A DNA stretch of 32,000 nucleotides from Mycoplasma mycoides subsp. capri (GCF_018389705.1 NZ_CP065581.1:930001-962000), one strand, 5' to 3'. Counted from the stretch's first letter, positions 11,770-22,100 are shown. The notes: a model not told the origin generated them from the letters alone. Made by a program: numbers and translations.

Positions 11770-12093
11770 CTAAATTGCTTTGATTAATCTAAATAAGTAT
11801 TGAATCACAACATCTACACCAAAAAATAATAAAGCAAAAATACTCATAAAAATAATTACTATTAAAAACTTTTTACCCAAACTTCCTGATCCAGTTCATC
11901 TAATTTTAAAAAATTCTTTAGACATTCTAACTGGAAGTTCTTTAAATCATTTTCTAAAATTTTTTGGTTCTTTTTCTTTTTTAACTTTTAGTTTCTTTTT
12001 AGTGGTTTTTGAAATTTTTTGAGTGTTTTTAGGTTTTATATGTTCAACTTGTTCAATTTGTTCAACTTGATCGATGTTAATTTCTTTTTCCAT
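11770..12093 (-). CDS. secE: Preprotein translocase subunit SecE (107 aa)
   Basis: My translation [12 protein letters not shown]…FFKIRWTGSGSLGKKFLIVIIFMSIFALLFFGVDVVIQYLFRLIKAI has a basic N-terminal tail and a single C-terminal TM helix. It lies between rpmG and nusG. The ATG overlaps the rpmG stop (TAATG). Confidence 0.85.
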
Positions 12094-12254
12094 TATCTTG
12101 TTTCCTTATGTAGAGTATGTGCATTACAAGTAGTGCAAAACTTTTTAATTTCTAGTCTCTGTTTTTGAGTTAAACCACTCTTATTAACAGAATAATTTCT
12201 ACTTAAACACTCAACACAAACTAATGTTGCTTTTTTATTTGTTGAACTTTTCAT
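12093..12254 (-). CDS. rpmG: 50S ribosomal protein L33 (53 aa)
   Basis: My translation is [53 protein letters not shown], with a CxxC…CxxC zinc ribbon. A GGAGG RBS lies upstream. Confidence 0.9.
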   Translation of the reverse strand: MKSSTNKKATLVCVECLSRNYSVNKSGLTQKQRLEIKKFCTTCNAHTLHKETR

Positions 12255-12284
12255 ATAAAACCTCCAAAGATACTAACACTTAAT

Positions 12285-12290
12285 ATTATA
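12285..12290 (-). promoter_or_regulatory. Candidate -10 box (TATAAT) for rpmG-secE-nusG
   Basis: The minus strand reads …acataTATAATattaag… about 30 nt upstream of the rpmG ATG. There is no convincing -35 element. Confidence 0.35.
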
Positions 12291-12314
12291 TATGTATTTA
12301 TTTTAATTAAAAAA

Positions 12315-13049
12315 CTATGACAATTTGTTCAAATAATTTGCTATTCAAAAACAAATAATTGAACAAGGAACACTTGCATTAAAAGAGTCAATATTTTTAT
12401 TAGATGGAACATAAATATTAAAATCACTATTTTTTGTTAATAGTTCACTTACACCTTTTTGTTCATTTCCAATAATTACAGCAGTTTTATTTGCAAAGTC
12501 AATTTTTGTCATATCTGTTGAATTTTGATTTAAATTAGTTGCATAAATTCAAAAATCATTATTCTTTAAAATTTTAATAGCATTATTTAAATTATTAGTT
12601 TTACAAATTTTAATATCAAAAGCTGAACCACTACTTGTTTTTAGAACTGTTGAATTAACTTGTACTTGCTTTTTATCTAAAATAATAATTCCATCAACAT
12701 TTAACAAACTACAACTTCTAATAATTGCTCCAAAATTATAAGGATCGTGAATTTGATCTAATACTAAAACTAGTGATTTTTCTTTTTTATTTAAATCACT
12801 AATTAATTCATTAAAAGAAGTATAGTTATAATCTTTAATTTGTGCAATAATACCTTGGTGTTGAGTTTGAGTTTCTAATAATTGATCTAATTTATTTTCA
12901 GAAACTACATTAACTTTTATTTTTGTGATTTTTAGATCAAATTCATTTAAAATTTTTAAATCTTTAACTCAAATTTCTTTAACCATGTTTTGATGTTTTT
13001 TTAACAATTCAAAAACAACATGTTTACCATAGATTAAATTAGAATTCAT
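12315..13049 (-). CDS. rlmB: SpoU/TrmH-family 23S rRNA 2'-O-ribose methyltransferase (RlmB/YacO-like, 244 aa)
   Basis: This gene is absent from the track because three TGA codons split it. My translation MNSNLIYGKHVVFELLKK…LVLVLDQIHDPYNFGAIIRSCSLLNVDGIIIL…AVIIGNEQKGVSELL…IDSFNASVPCSIICFWI shows SpoU methylase motifs. It sits between cysS and rpmG, as in Bacillus. Confidence 0.8.
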
Positions 13050-13050
13050 A

Positions 13051-14376
13051 TTATAAAATTCCTTGTTCTATTAACTTGTTTCTAATAAGATCAGCTTTAT
13101 CAAACTCTTTATTTTTAACTAATTCTTGTCATTTTAAAAACAATTCTTTAGTTTTATTATCAAACTTATAATTAAATACATTATCAAAACCTAAAACATC
13201 TAAAATATAGTTTAATGATCCTATTAATAAACTAAAATTATCTAAATTTTTATCAACAATATCTTTATTAATTTGTTTAATTAGTAAATCAATTAAAGAT
13301 AAAACCAAAGAAGTATTTAAATCATCTTCCATATATTCATTAAATTTTTTTATATATTCAGATGAGTTAATAGATTGAATTTTTAAATCATTTTTAATAA
13401 TAAACTGAATAGTTTTTTTACTTAAATTAGTTAGTTTTTCAAAAAACTTATTAGCTTGATAAATTAAATCATCACTTATATTTAAAGGTTGAGTATAATT
13501 AGTTGTTAAAAAAATCCAACGTAGTGTGTTTTTATTATGTTGTTTAATAAAATCTCTTACTAAAATTACATTACCTAGTGATTTAGACATTTTTTCATCA
13601 TTAATTTGTAAATGTCCATTATGTAATCAAATATGTGCAAGCTCTTTATTATTTTTTGCAATAAATTGAATTCTTTCATTTTCATGATGAGGAAATTTTA
13701 AATCAATTCCACCAACATGAATATCTATAGTTTGATGGTTAAAATACTCATCAATTAATAACACACATTCAGTATGTCACCCAGGTCTACCTAAACCAAA
13801 AACTGAATCTCATTTAATTCCTATATCAGTTTTTTTTCATAAACTAAAATCTAAACTATAGTGTTTTTTAGAATCGATTTCAACTCTTTTACCACTAATT
13901 AATTCATCTAGTTTATATCCAGATAACTTACAATATTCATTTTCATATTTTTTAATATTAAAATAAACATCACCATCTAAAACATAAGCAGCATTAATAT
14001 CAACTAAATTTTTAATAAAATCAATCATTTCATTCATTTTTTGACTAATCAAAATTATCTTATCTGGTTGATTAATATTTAAAGATTTCAAATCTTCTAA
14101 ATATGCAGTAGTGTATTTTTGAGAAACTTCTAATTCATTTAAATTATTATCTAAAGCTTTTAAAATAATTTTGTCATCAATATCTGTAATATTTTGTAAA
14201 TAATTAACTTTGATATTTCTACTTTTTAAATATCTAGTTAAGACATCAACTAGTAAAACAGGACGAGCATTACCTATGTGAATGTAATTATAAACAGTAG
14301 GTCCACAACAATATAGATTAATAGTTTTTTTATTTAAAGTCTTTTTTGTTTTAGATAATGAATCATATAATTGCAT
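13051..14376 (-). CDS. cysS: Cysteine--tRNA ligase (441 aa)
   Basis: Track ORFs 13837-14376 and 13129-13590 are in one frame and joined through TGA codons. The HIGN motif ([17 protein letters not shown]) and KMSKS motif (EKMSKSLGN) are present. The TAA stop is at 13051-13053. Confidence 0.95.
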
Positions 14377-14384
14377 AAAAACTC

Positions 14385-15311
14385 CTATTTAACTTTAATT
14401 AGAGGTCTTAAAACAATATAAACAGTAGTTAAAATAGCAGTATTAAAAAAGATCTTAATTGGTATTTGAATAATTCTTACAACAACCATTGTAATAAATG
14501 GATTTTCTGATCCTGAAGAGTTTCTTAAACCAAACATTTGATAATCCCCTCAAGCTGCAACTAAAACAGTAACTAATATTTCACTAATCACACATAATAA
14601 AATAATAGGTAAAACTACATTTAATCATTTATCTCTTTTTTTAATATGTAATACTAAAACAAGCCCATAAATAAAAATTAATGTAATTGAAATCATTATT
14701 AAAAATAAGAATGGATAAATATCAGCAGGAATTTTAATCCCAAATAATGAAGTTTCTGGATTAATTTGTTTCATTCCTTGCATTAATCAAAACATAATAC
14801 CAGCAGCTATTAGTAAAAATACAGTAACAAATACTAAAGTTAATCAATTCTTTTTTAATTTAAAAGCATATGAAGTCATTCCAGATCAAAATCCAAATGA
14901 AAAAGCAACAACTAAATAAGCTACATGAATATATGATGGAACAAACATTAGTGTCAGTAATTCAGTAACTAAACCAACAACTAAACCAACAAAAGGACCA
15001 AAAATCATTCCTGTGATTTTGATCATAACCCCTTCAAATGCAACTCTAATTGGAGGTAGAACTGTAATTGGTAATGTTAGAGAAATAACAGTTGTTGTAG
15101 CAACTGATACACCAACCATCATAGCTAGATATGTAATTTTTCTTGTACTAAATTTAACTTTGTTACTAATGTGAAAACCACTACCATAATTTTTAAAACG
15201 AGCTCTAGCTAATCTAAAAATTGAATAAATAAGAATAGCAGATAAAGTTATACATAATGAAGTGATTGCTAAATTATGACCATCTAGTAATAAATGTCTA
15301 AATTTATCCAT
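14385..15311 (-). CDS. ECF-transporter S-component-like membrane protein (308 aa), substrate unknown
   Basis: Track ORF 14886-15311 extends through several TGA codons to TAG 14385-14387. The protein has multiple TM helices. The core motif ITGMIFGPFVGLVVGLVTELL is paralogous to LIGMIFGPLAGILAGIATDLI in the FolT-like gene at 30993-31667. The RBS is GAAGGTAGG. Confidence 0.7.
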
Positions 15312-15353
15312 AACCTACCTTCTTTTCTATTTACCAATAAAATAAAATTCAAC

Positions 15354-15385
15354 GTTATAAAAGTGTGGTAAATAGTCCCACACTT
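15354..15385 (-). terminator. Probable rho-independent terminator after the lipoprotein gene
   Basis: An 8-bp stem aagtgtgg/ccacactt (15361-15368 / 15378-15385) is GC-rich for this genome and has a 9-nt loop. On the minus strand it is followed by TTTAT. Confidence 0.5.
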
Positions 15386-15453
15386 AATTAACTTATTATT
15401 TATTTTACCTTATTATTAAATTTATTAAAGTTGTTTTATTATTTATTACTATT

Positions 15454-16767
15454 CTACTTACCATTAACACTACTATTAGTTGTAGTGAATGACTTATCAG
15501 AAATTTTTAATGAAATATCTTTAAATCTATAAGGAGAGCTATTTCCTTTTGAAAAGTCATCACTAAATCTATATGAATTAAATGCTCAACCTACAAATGA
15601 GTACTTCATATTTTCTTTACTATCTTTTGGAGTATAAGATTCAACTATTGGAGTATAGATTTTTCTTAATCCACCAAATTGAACATAAAATGTAAAGTCT
15701 TTATTTTCTATTGAATGAATAATTTGTAATTCTAAAGTTTCAGGATCTTTACTCATATAGTAGAAATTATGTGCTGAACTTAATTCTCATTTTTGATTTA
15801 TATTGTAAACAAATTGATTGTTGTTATTTCCATTGTTAGAAAGATTAATATATGAATCATCTTTTTTGGTTAATTTTTCTGTTGAATACTTAATAGTTGG
15901 TTTTAGAGTTTTAATGTCAGGGTCTTTATTTTCTCCAATAACATTCATTCCAAAAGGATCGTTTACTGGTGAAGTTCCAAAAACATAAGGATTATGATCT
16001 TTTAAGTTTTTAATATCTCCAACAACCTTGTTATTATTATCATTTTTTAACTCAATATTACCTTTTTCAGCAGTTGGTGCAGTTTTAACATCTTGTTCAA
16101 ATGTATAAAATGATGAACTAGTCTTAGAAACTTTAGAAACTAATTTAATATCTTTAATTTTGTTATCAGTTGAAGAATTTACAATATTATCAAGATTTTT
16201 AGTAAATTCTTCTGATCAACCGTTTACATGTTCAATATCTTGTTTTAAACTTCCATTACTACTTTTTAATGAATCTACAGCAGTTTTATTTTTGTCATTT
16301 TTAACAAATTCTCTTAGTTGTAAAAGACCTTTTAAAGAAGAAATGTGAGTTTTTGAATCATCTAATTTTTTATAAAAATCTTGTTGTGAAATTTTTTGTC
16401 TTTGAGCATTTGCTCCAGTGTAATATCCAACAACACTAGTATCTTTAGCTTTTCCTCTAAATAAATCATATGATTCTTTTAAATTTCTAACTTCTTGAAT
16501 ATTTCTAGTAAATAAGTTTAAAACATCAGTAACAGTTCTACTATAAGCATTAGTAGTTCCATTTAAAGAATTAGTAATATCTTGAATATTAGATGATTGA
16601 CCATCACTTTGATATTTACCATCTTTTCAAACAAATTTATCAACTTGTGTACCATCATTAAAACTAGTTTTTATTGTGTGAGTTATAGTAGTAGAGCATG
16701 AAATTGTTGTTAATGTAGGAAATATAGTTACTGATCCAAACATTAAAATTCCTAATAACTTTTTCAT
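15454..16767 (-). CDS. Lipoprotein of unknown function (437 aa)
   Basis: My translation starts MKKLLGILMFGSVTIFPTLTTISCSTT, a signal peptide with lipobox-like TISC. The frame is open to TAG 15454-15456 with TGA read as Trp. An AAAGGAGAAA RBS lies upstream. I recognised no family motif. Confidence 0.8.
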
Positions 16768-16805
16768 CGGTTTCTCCTTTTATCAGAATAATAATACATC
16801 AAAAT

Positions 16806-16814
16806 ATTATAACA
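16806..16814 (-). promoter_or_regulatory. Candidate extended -10 promoter (TGtTATAAT) for the lipoprotein gene
   Basis: The minus strand reads ttTGTTATAATatt about 40 nt upstream of ATG 16767, just after the dnaB stop. Confidence 0.5.
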
Positions 16815-16833
16815 AAATTAAGTCTTTTTTCTA

Positions 16834-18150
16834 TTATCAGTCTCTAAATACACCAAAATCTTTAATAAATCTTAGTAAAACAGTTCCAGTAGCACCATTT
16901 CTATGCTTTGCTAAAATTAGTTCAGTTTTTTCTTTATCTAAATCAGTTAAATCTTTTTTATAATAATCATCACGATATAAAAATGCAACAATATCTGCAT
17001 CTTGTTCAATAGCTCCTGAATCTCTTAAATCAGATAACATAGGACGTTTGTCTTCTCTAGTTTCAGCTCGTCTACTTAATTGTGATAAACAAATAATTGG
17101 AATAGAAGTCTCTCTTGCAATTTGTTTTAGTTGTCTTGAGATTTCACTAACTTCATTTTGTCTGTCTTTATTTTGTGATCCAACTATTAATTGTAAATAA
17201 TCTATAACACATAATTTAATATTATGATCTCTTTTCATTTTATAAAGTTTAGATCTAATTTCTTGAGTAGAAATACCAGGGGTAGCATCAATATAAATTG
17301 GAATTTCTTCTAATTTTTCTTTTGCAATTTGAATTTTTTCTCAATTTTGTTTGCTTAAACCTTTTCCAGTTCTTAAATTAGTTGAATCAACACTTGTAAG
17401 TCTAGTAAATAAACGTTGAGTTAATTGTTCAGCAGGCATTTCTAGTGAAAAAAAAGCTACAGGATATTTTTGCATAGCTGCATTAAAAGCTAAATTTAAA
17501 GAAAAGGCAGTTTTTCCAACACTTGGACGAGCTGCTAAAATAATAAAATCAGATTCTTGTCAACCTGAAGTAACTAAATCTAAGTAATTATATCCAGTTG
17601 GAACTCCTGAAATAATTTCTGCTTTCATTTCAAGTTCTTTAATTTTTTCAACAACTCTTTTTGCAACTTCACCAATTGGTTCTATTTCAAATCTTTTAAT
17701 AGAAAGATCAATATCTAAAAGCTTAGTTTGAGCAACTTTTAATAATTCATCAACATCAGTATTTGAATTATTTCTTTTAAGTTCTAATTCTTTAATAACA
17801 ATATCTAATTTTCTAATAACTCCAGCTTTATGAATAATATCAATATATTCTTCTAATCCTTGATCTGTATAGTTTTCAGCAGCTATTTCATAAACTACAA
17901 CATCTCCACCAACTTGTTCTAATTTATTAATTGCTTCTAATCTATTAATTACTGAAATTGGAGATATTGATTTATTTTTATTATTTAAATCAATAATTGC
18001 TTGATAAATATATTTATTTGCAGGAATTGAAAAATCATCAACTTTTAAAACTGAAACAATGTCAGCTAAAGCATTAGAAAAACTCATAGCTACACCTAAA
18101 ACAAAACGTTCAGCATATAATAATTCAGCAACTGTTAATTCTTGTTTCAT
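16834..18150 (-). CDS. dnaB: Replicative DNA helicase (DnaB family, 438 aa)
   Basis: Track ORFs 17560-18150 and 16837-17238 are in one frame. The joined region contains Walker A ([13 protein letters not shown]), followed by …[23 protein letters not shown]…. The track end at 16837 is a TGA (Trp). The true stop is TAA at 16834-16836, giving the C-terminus …FRDW*. Confidence 0.95.
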
Positions 18151-18152
18151 TT

Positions 18153-18596
18153 TTAAACTTCCTTAACATCAACTTTGATAAGAGCTTCAATACCAAAATC
18201 TAGTTTTACTTTTACATAATTAATTCCAATTTTATTAATATTTTTAAAATGAATAAATTTCTTTTTATCTATTTCAATTCTATGAACATCTTTTAACTGA
18301 TTAACAATATCTTGACTTGAAATACTTCCAAATACTTTATCATCATTAGTTTGTAATTTAAAATGTAAAGTTAGTTCTTCAAGAGTCTTTTTAATTTGTT
18401 TAGTTTGTGCTTTTGCTAGTTCTTTTTCTTCTTGATCAGCTTTTAAATGATCTTTTAAAGTTTGAATACTATTATTAGTTGCAATTTTTACTAATTGATT
18501 TGGTAATAAGTAGTTTCTTGCATATCCGTCACTAACTTCTTTAATTTCATTTTTTTTACCTTGGTTAGGTACATCTTTTAAAAATATAACTTTCAT
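18153..18596 (-). CDS. rplI: 50S ribosomal protein L9 (147 aa)
   Basis: The protein begins MKVIFLKDVPNQGKKNEIKEVSDGYARNYLLPNQLV. I prefer ATG 18596, which has an AAAGGTG RBS, over the upstream GTG at 18605 used by the track. Confidence 0.9.
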   Translation of the reverse strand: MKVIFLKDVPNQGKKNEIKEVSDGYARNYLLPNQLVKIATNNSIQTLKDHLKADQEEKELAKAQTKQIKKTLEELTLHFKLQTNDDKVFGSISSQDIVNQLKDVHRIEIDKKKFIHFKNINKIGINYVKVKLDFGIEALIKVDVKEV

Positions 18597-18621
18597 AATA
18601 AGCACCTTTCTTGTTAATCTT

Positions 18622-18630
18622 ATTATAACA
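18622..18630 (-). promoter_or_regulatory. Candidate extended -10 promoter (TGtTATAAT) for rplI-dnaB
   Basis: The minus strand reads gatatTGTTATAATaag about 26 nt upstream of the rplI ATG. Confidence 0.55.
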
Positions 18631-18690
18631 ATATCATTTTTATTAATACTAATTACTAAGTTCTTATGATTACAACTAGTTTAACAACTT

Positions 18691-18718
18691 ATTAAAAAAC
18701 TTCGTAAAAACGAAGTTT
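18691..18718 (-). terminator. Rho-independent terminator after pth
   Basis: An 8-bp stem aaacttcg/cgaagttt (18697-18704 / 18711-18718) has a 6-nt loop. On the minus strand it is followed by TTTTTT. The stem overlaps the pth stop codon. Confidence 0.7.
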
Positions 18719-19277
18719 AATTATATTTATTCATTAAGTATATAAATGTTTTATTATTAGTAAAGTCATTGATAAATTCTATTTTATCAATAAATGATTG
18801 TTTTAATAAATTAAGTTCTTCATCACTAAATTTAGATAATACTCAATCAACTATTTTTCATTCTTTTGGAACTTGATTAACTCCAATTCTTAATCTATAA
18901 AAATTTTGAGTTTGTAAATTATTAATGATTGATTTTATTCCATTATGTCCTGCTGAAGAACCATCTTTTTTAAATTGGATTCTAGATATATTTAGATCTT
19001 TATCGTCATGAATAATTATTAAATCATTTAAATCTATTTTATAAAAGTTAATAATTTGTCTTACTGCTATTCCTGAATTATTCATAAAAGTTAAAGGCTT
19101 AACCAATAAAACTTTTTGATTATTAATCATAGTTGTATAAATTAATGAATTAAACTCTTGTTTAACTGAACTATAATTATATTTTTCTAATAAAAGATCA
19201 ATAGCTATAAAACCAGCATTATGTCTAGTTTTTTCATACTCTTTTCCAATATTTCCTAATCCAATTATTACTTTCAT
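18717..19277 (-). CDS. pth: Peptidyl-tRNA hydrolase (186 aa)
   Basis: Track ORF 18858-19277 (MKVIIGLGNIGKEYEKTRHNAGF…GSSAGHNGIKSII) extends through two TGA codons to TAA 18717-18719. Confidence 0.95.
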
Positions 19278-19303
19278 TAAATTCCTTTATAAATTTTAAA
19301 TTA

Positions 19304-19608
19304 TTATTTTCTAGTTAAATATATTAGTTTTTCAGTTCAAATTTCATATTCAGCAGTTTTATTATCATTATTTATTAAATAGGATTCAAAGTTTCTTGAA
19401 CAATTACAGTTGTTTTATCATATAATTCAAATTTTTGTTTTAAAGGTTAAAAATATGTTTTATTAAAAATAGTTAAATTGAGGTTCGCCTTTGGTTGGAT
19501 TATCTCTTGGTGCTTTTAAAACAAATTCATAAAACTCAACTGCTTTTTTGATCTATCAATTAGTTTAGCATCACCTTGAATTTGACCAATAAGTGTTATA
19601 GAATTCAT
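19304..19608 (-). pseudogene. Decayed single-stranded-DNA-binding (SSB/OB-fold)-like gene remnant
   Basis: The minus strand from ATG 19608 reads MNSITLIGQIQGDAKLIDRSKK, then the frame is lost at an A6 run (plus-strand T-run 19544-19549). A shifted frame gives AVEFYEFVLKAPRDNPTKGEPQFNYF followed by TAA TAA. Other frames give KTYF*PLKQKFELYDKTTVIVQETLNPI* and NNDNKTAEYEIWTEKLIYLTRK*. The order of these pieces mirrors the SSB OB-fold. There is no RBS. Confidence 0.55.
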
Positions 19609-19694
19609 CTAATTTATTAATCTTTTGTATTAGTAAATACTAAAAAATATTAATTATTAGTTAATATCATTTTAGATTAATTATATTTTTATTA

Positions 19695-20729
19695 TTAATT
19701 TTTATGATTCATGAAATCTTGAATTTTTAATTGAATTTCATCTTTGTTTTTATTATAAACTTCTGTTAAAGAATGATGTTCTTGTGATTCTTTAATCATG
19801 TTTGCTAGTAATGGGGCAACTGAAACAATTTTTAGTCCCTCAAATTGTCTTTCTTGTGGAATTTCAACAGTATTAGTTACAACAACATTTTTTACAATAC
19901 CTTCTTTTATAGCTTGAGTCATTCTTTCTTTAGCAGGACCATTAAATAAACCATGACAAGCAAAAATATAAACATCTTTGGCTCCGTTTGCTTTTAGTGC
20001 TTTAGCTCCACTAATAATAGTTCCACCAGTATCGATCATGTCATCAATTATAAAGCAAGTTCTTCCTTCAATATCTCCTAAAACAAATTCAACTTCAGCT
20101 TTGTTTGGTTCAGGTCTTCTTTTTCCAATAACAGCAATACCATTAGTCATATTTGCTGTATATGAATCAACTTTATGAACTCTATTTAATCCTCCGTAAT
20201 CTGGTGATACTAAAATACATTTTTCAGGATCAAATTTTTCTCTAATAATAGTATCAACTATTTCGTTTGCTAAGCTTTGTGAAGTGTGGAAATTATCCAT
20301 TGGTATATCAAAAAATCCCATTGTTTGAGTTGAATGAATATCAAAAACAATTACACGATCAGCTCCTGCTTTTGTTAATAAGTCTGCAACTAATTTAGCT
20401 GTAATTGGTTGTCTACCTTTTGCTTTTCTGTCTTGTCTTGCATATCCATAATAAGGAATAACTACATTAATTTTTTCTGCACTACCTCTTTTAAAAGCAT
20501 CAATAGCAATTAATAGTTCCATTAAATTTTCATTAACTGGCATTGATGTTGATTGAATAACATAGATTTCTTTTCCTCTTACTGAATCAATTGATTCAAC
20601 TAAAATTTCACCATCTGCAAATCTAGTAGTTTTTACAACTTTTTGTTCAACACCTAAGAAATGACATACTTCTTTTGCTAATTGTTGACTTGCTGAAAGA
20701 CCAAAAACATAAATATCTTTATTATCCAT
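19695..20729 (-). CDS. prs: Ribose-phosphate pyrophosphokinase (344 aa)
   Basis: The intact track ORF contains …VVIPYYGYARQDRKA… and a PRPP-binding loop (CFIIDDMIDTGGTI). The RBS is GAGGT and the stop is TAA. Confidence 0.97.
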   Translation of the reverse strand: MDNKDIYVFGLSASQQLAKEVCHFLGVEQKVVKTTRFADGEILVESIDSVRGKEIYVIQSTSMPVNENLMELLIAIDAFKRGSAEKINVVIPYYGYARQDRKAKGRQPITAKLVADLLTKAGADRVIVFDIHSTQTMGFFDIPMDNFHTSQSLANEIVDTIIREKFDPEKCILVSPDYGGLNRVHKVDSYTANMTNGIAVIGKRRPEPNKAEVEFVLGDIEGRTCFIIDDMIDTGGTIISGAKALKANGAKDVYIFACHGLFNGPAKERMTQAIKEGIVKNVVVTNTVEIPQERQFEGLKIVSVAPLLANMIKESQEHHSLTEVYNKNKDEIQLKIQDFMNHKN

Positions 20730-20825
20730 AATTACCTCATTTCAATAATAATAATAACAAAAAAGCAATTATTGATAACCTTGTTTTGCACTAAAAACTA
20801 AATTCAAAAAAGATAAATTAACTTA

Positions 20826-20861
20826 ATTAAAAAATAAAAAAACAACTCTAAGAGTTGTTTT
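20826..20861 (-). terminator. Rho-independent terminator after the tatD/small-ORF unit
   Basis: A 9-bp stem aaaacaact/agttgtttt (20839-20847 / 20853-20861) has the loop ctaag. On the minus strand it is followed by a long T-rich run. Confidence 0.7.
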
Positions 20862-20910
20862 AACTAAATCTATTAACAATATTTTTAAATAGATGTATAT
20901 TAAATAAGTT

Positions 20911-21171
20911 TTATAAATTAGAAATTCCTAAAAACATTAATAAAATTGCTGATAAAAAACTAGTTAGACCAATAATAAAAATTAAATACAATAATCAAAA
21001 TGAATGTTTTTTACTATTTTTTAATACTAATTGATTATTTTGTCTTTTTTTCTTTTTATATAAATAAATAATTAGAATAACTGAACTAATAGCTAGAATA
21101 AATAAAATAATTGAAACAATAATTAAACCTATTGCTAATAAATAACTAATTTGATGTAAAGGTAAAAACAT
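20911..21171 (-). CDS. Small two-TM membrane protein (86 aa), hypothetical
   Basis: My translation is MFLPLHQISYLLAIGLIIVSIILFILAISSVILIIYLYKKKKRQNNQLVLKNSKKHSFWLLYLIFIIGLTSFLSAILLMFLGISNL. ATG 21171 lies 1 nt after the tatD TAG, suggesting translational coupling. There is no independent RBS. Confidence 0.5.
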
Positions 21172-21172
21172 A

Positions 21173-21970
21173 CTAATTTAAATTAAAAATCTTTTTACTA
21201 TTTAAAGTTGTAATTCTAATTACTTCTTTAACATCTACATTTTTTAATTCAGCTATTTTTAAAGCAGTTAAATAAATGTATTTTGGATGATTTACTTGTC
21301 CTCTATATGGATGAGGAGCTAAATAAGGAGCATCAGTTTCTAATAACATTTTTTCTAAAGGAATAATTTTAACTGCTTCTTGCAAATCTTTTGCGTTTTT
21401 AAAAGTTACAGCTCCACCAATATTAATATAACAATCTAGATCTAAAAACTTTTGAGCATAAATAGCATTAGCTGAAAAACAATGTACAACTTTTGTGATT
21501 TGGTTTAGATCTTTTATAATTTCAATAACATCATCATAAGCTTGAAATTGATCTTTTTGATCTCTTATATGCATTTGTAAAACTTTATTATATTTAATTG
21601 CTAAACTTATATGTTTTTTAAAAAACTCTTTTTGTTTTTTTATATGTTCTTTTGAATAAAAATAATCTAAACCAGTTTCTCCAATACAAACTACTTTTTT
21701 ATTTGTAATTAATTTTTCTAATTCATCAAAAACACTATTATCAAAATTTTGTACATCATTTGGATGAATAGCAATGCTTGCAAAAACATTTTCAAATTCT
21801 TTTGAAAACTCAACAGCTTTTTTACTAGAAATTAAATCAAAACTAGAACATAATCATCCAGTTACATGTTCATTTGATTCTTCTATTAATTGTTTTACAT
21901 TTGCATCTTTATACTTTGATTCGTCATTAAAATGTATATGATTATCAAATATTTTATTATCATCAATCAT
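21173..21970 (-). CDS. tatD: TatD-family metal-dependent hydrolase/DNase (265 aa)
   Basis: Track ORF 21173-21574 joins the upstream part through TGA. The N-terminus MIDDNKIFDNHIHFND…VVCIGETGLDYFYSKEH…LQMHIRDQ…LLETDAPYLAPHPYRG matches the TatD motif pattern. Confidence 0.9.
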
Positions 21971-22063
21971 ATTAATTATTCCTAACTATATTTATTAATT
22001 CTAAAATAATTTTATTACTTTATAAATATTAATTAAACTAATAATCATTTCCTTATTTTAATT

Positions 22064-22100
22064 AATAAAAAAAATAGCCCATAGGCTATTTTTAATTTTT
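22064..22100. terminator. Bidirectional-looking rho-independent terminator downstream of tRNA-Cys
   Basis: A 9-bp stem aaaatagcc/ggctatttt (22071-22079 / 22084-22092) has the loop cata. It is flanked by an A-run on one side and a T-run on the other. Confidence 0.7.

Noticed and set aside
15312-15453. A riboswitch or T-box leader upstream of the ECF S component and cysS.
   Set aside because: After the upstream gene's terminator hairpin, only about 40-50 nt remain before the RBS. That is too short for any known riboswitch or T-box, and no specifier or T-box-like sequence is seen.
18597-18605. Upstream alternative start codons used by the track: GTG 18605 for rplI, GTG 24776 for holA and TTG 25004 for uvrB.
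   Set aside because: In each case a nearby downstream ATG has better RBS spacing and gives the conserved family N-terminus ([27 protein letters not shown]).
19304-19608. The prs-pth spacer remnant could be a decayed ribosomal protein L25/Ctc gene, since Bacillus has prs-ctc-pth.
   Set aside because: The reconstructed pieces (MNSITLIGQIQGD…, …EYEIWTEKLIYL) fit the SSB OB-fold pattern much better than the L25 N-terminus. The alternative is kept as a caveat only.
19304-19694. The same spacer could encode a structured ncRNA such as SRP RNA, 6S RNA or RNase P RNA.
   Set aside because: I found no conserved SRP domain-IV-like or RNase P motifs and no extended helices. The coding-remnant interpretation explains the only GC-richer patch.
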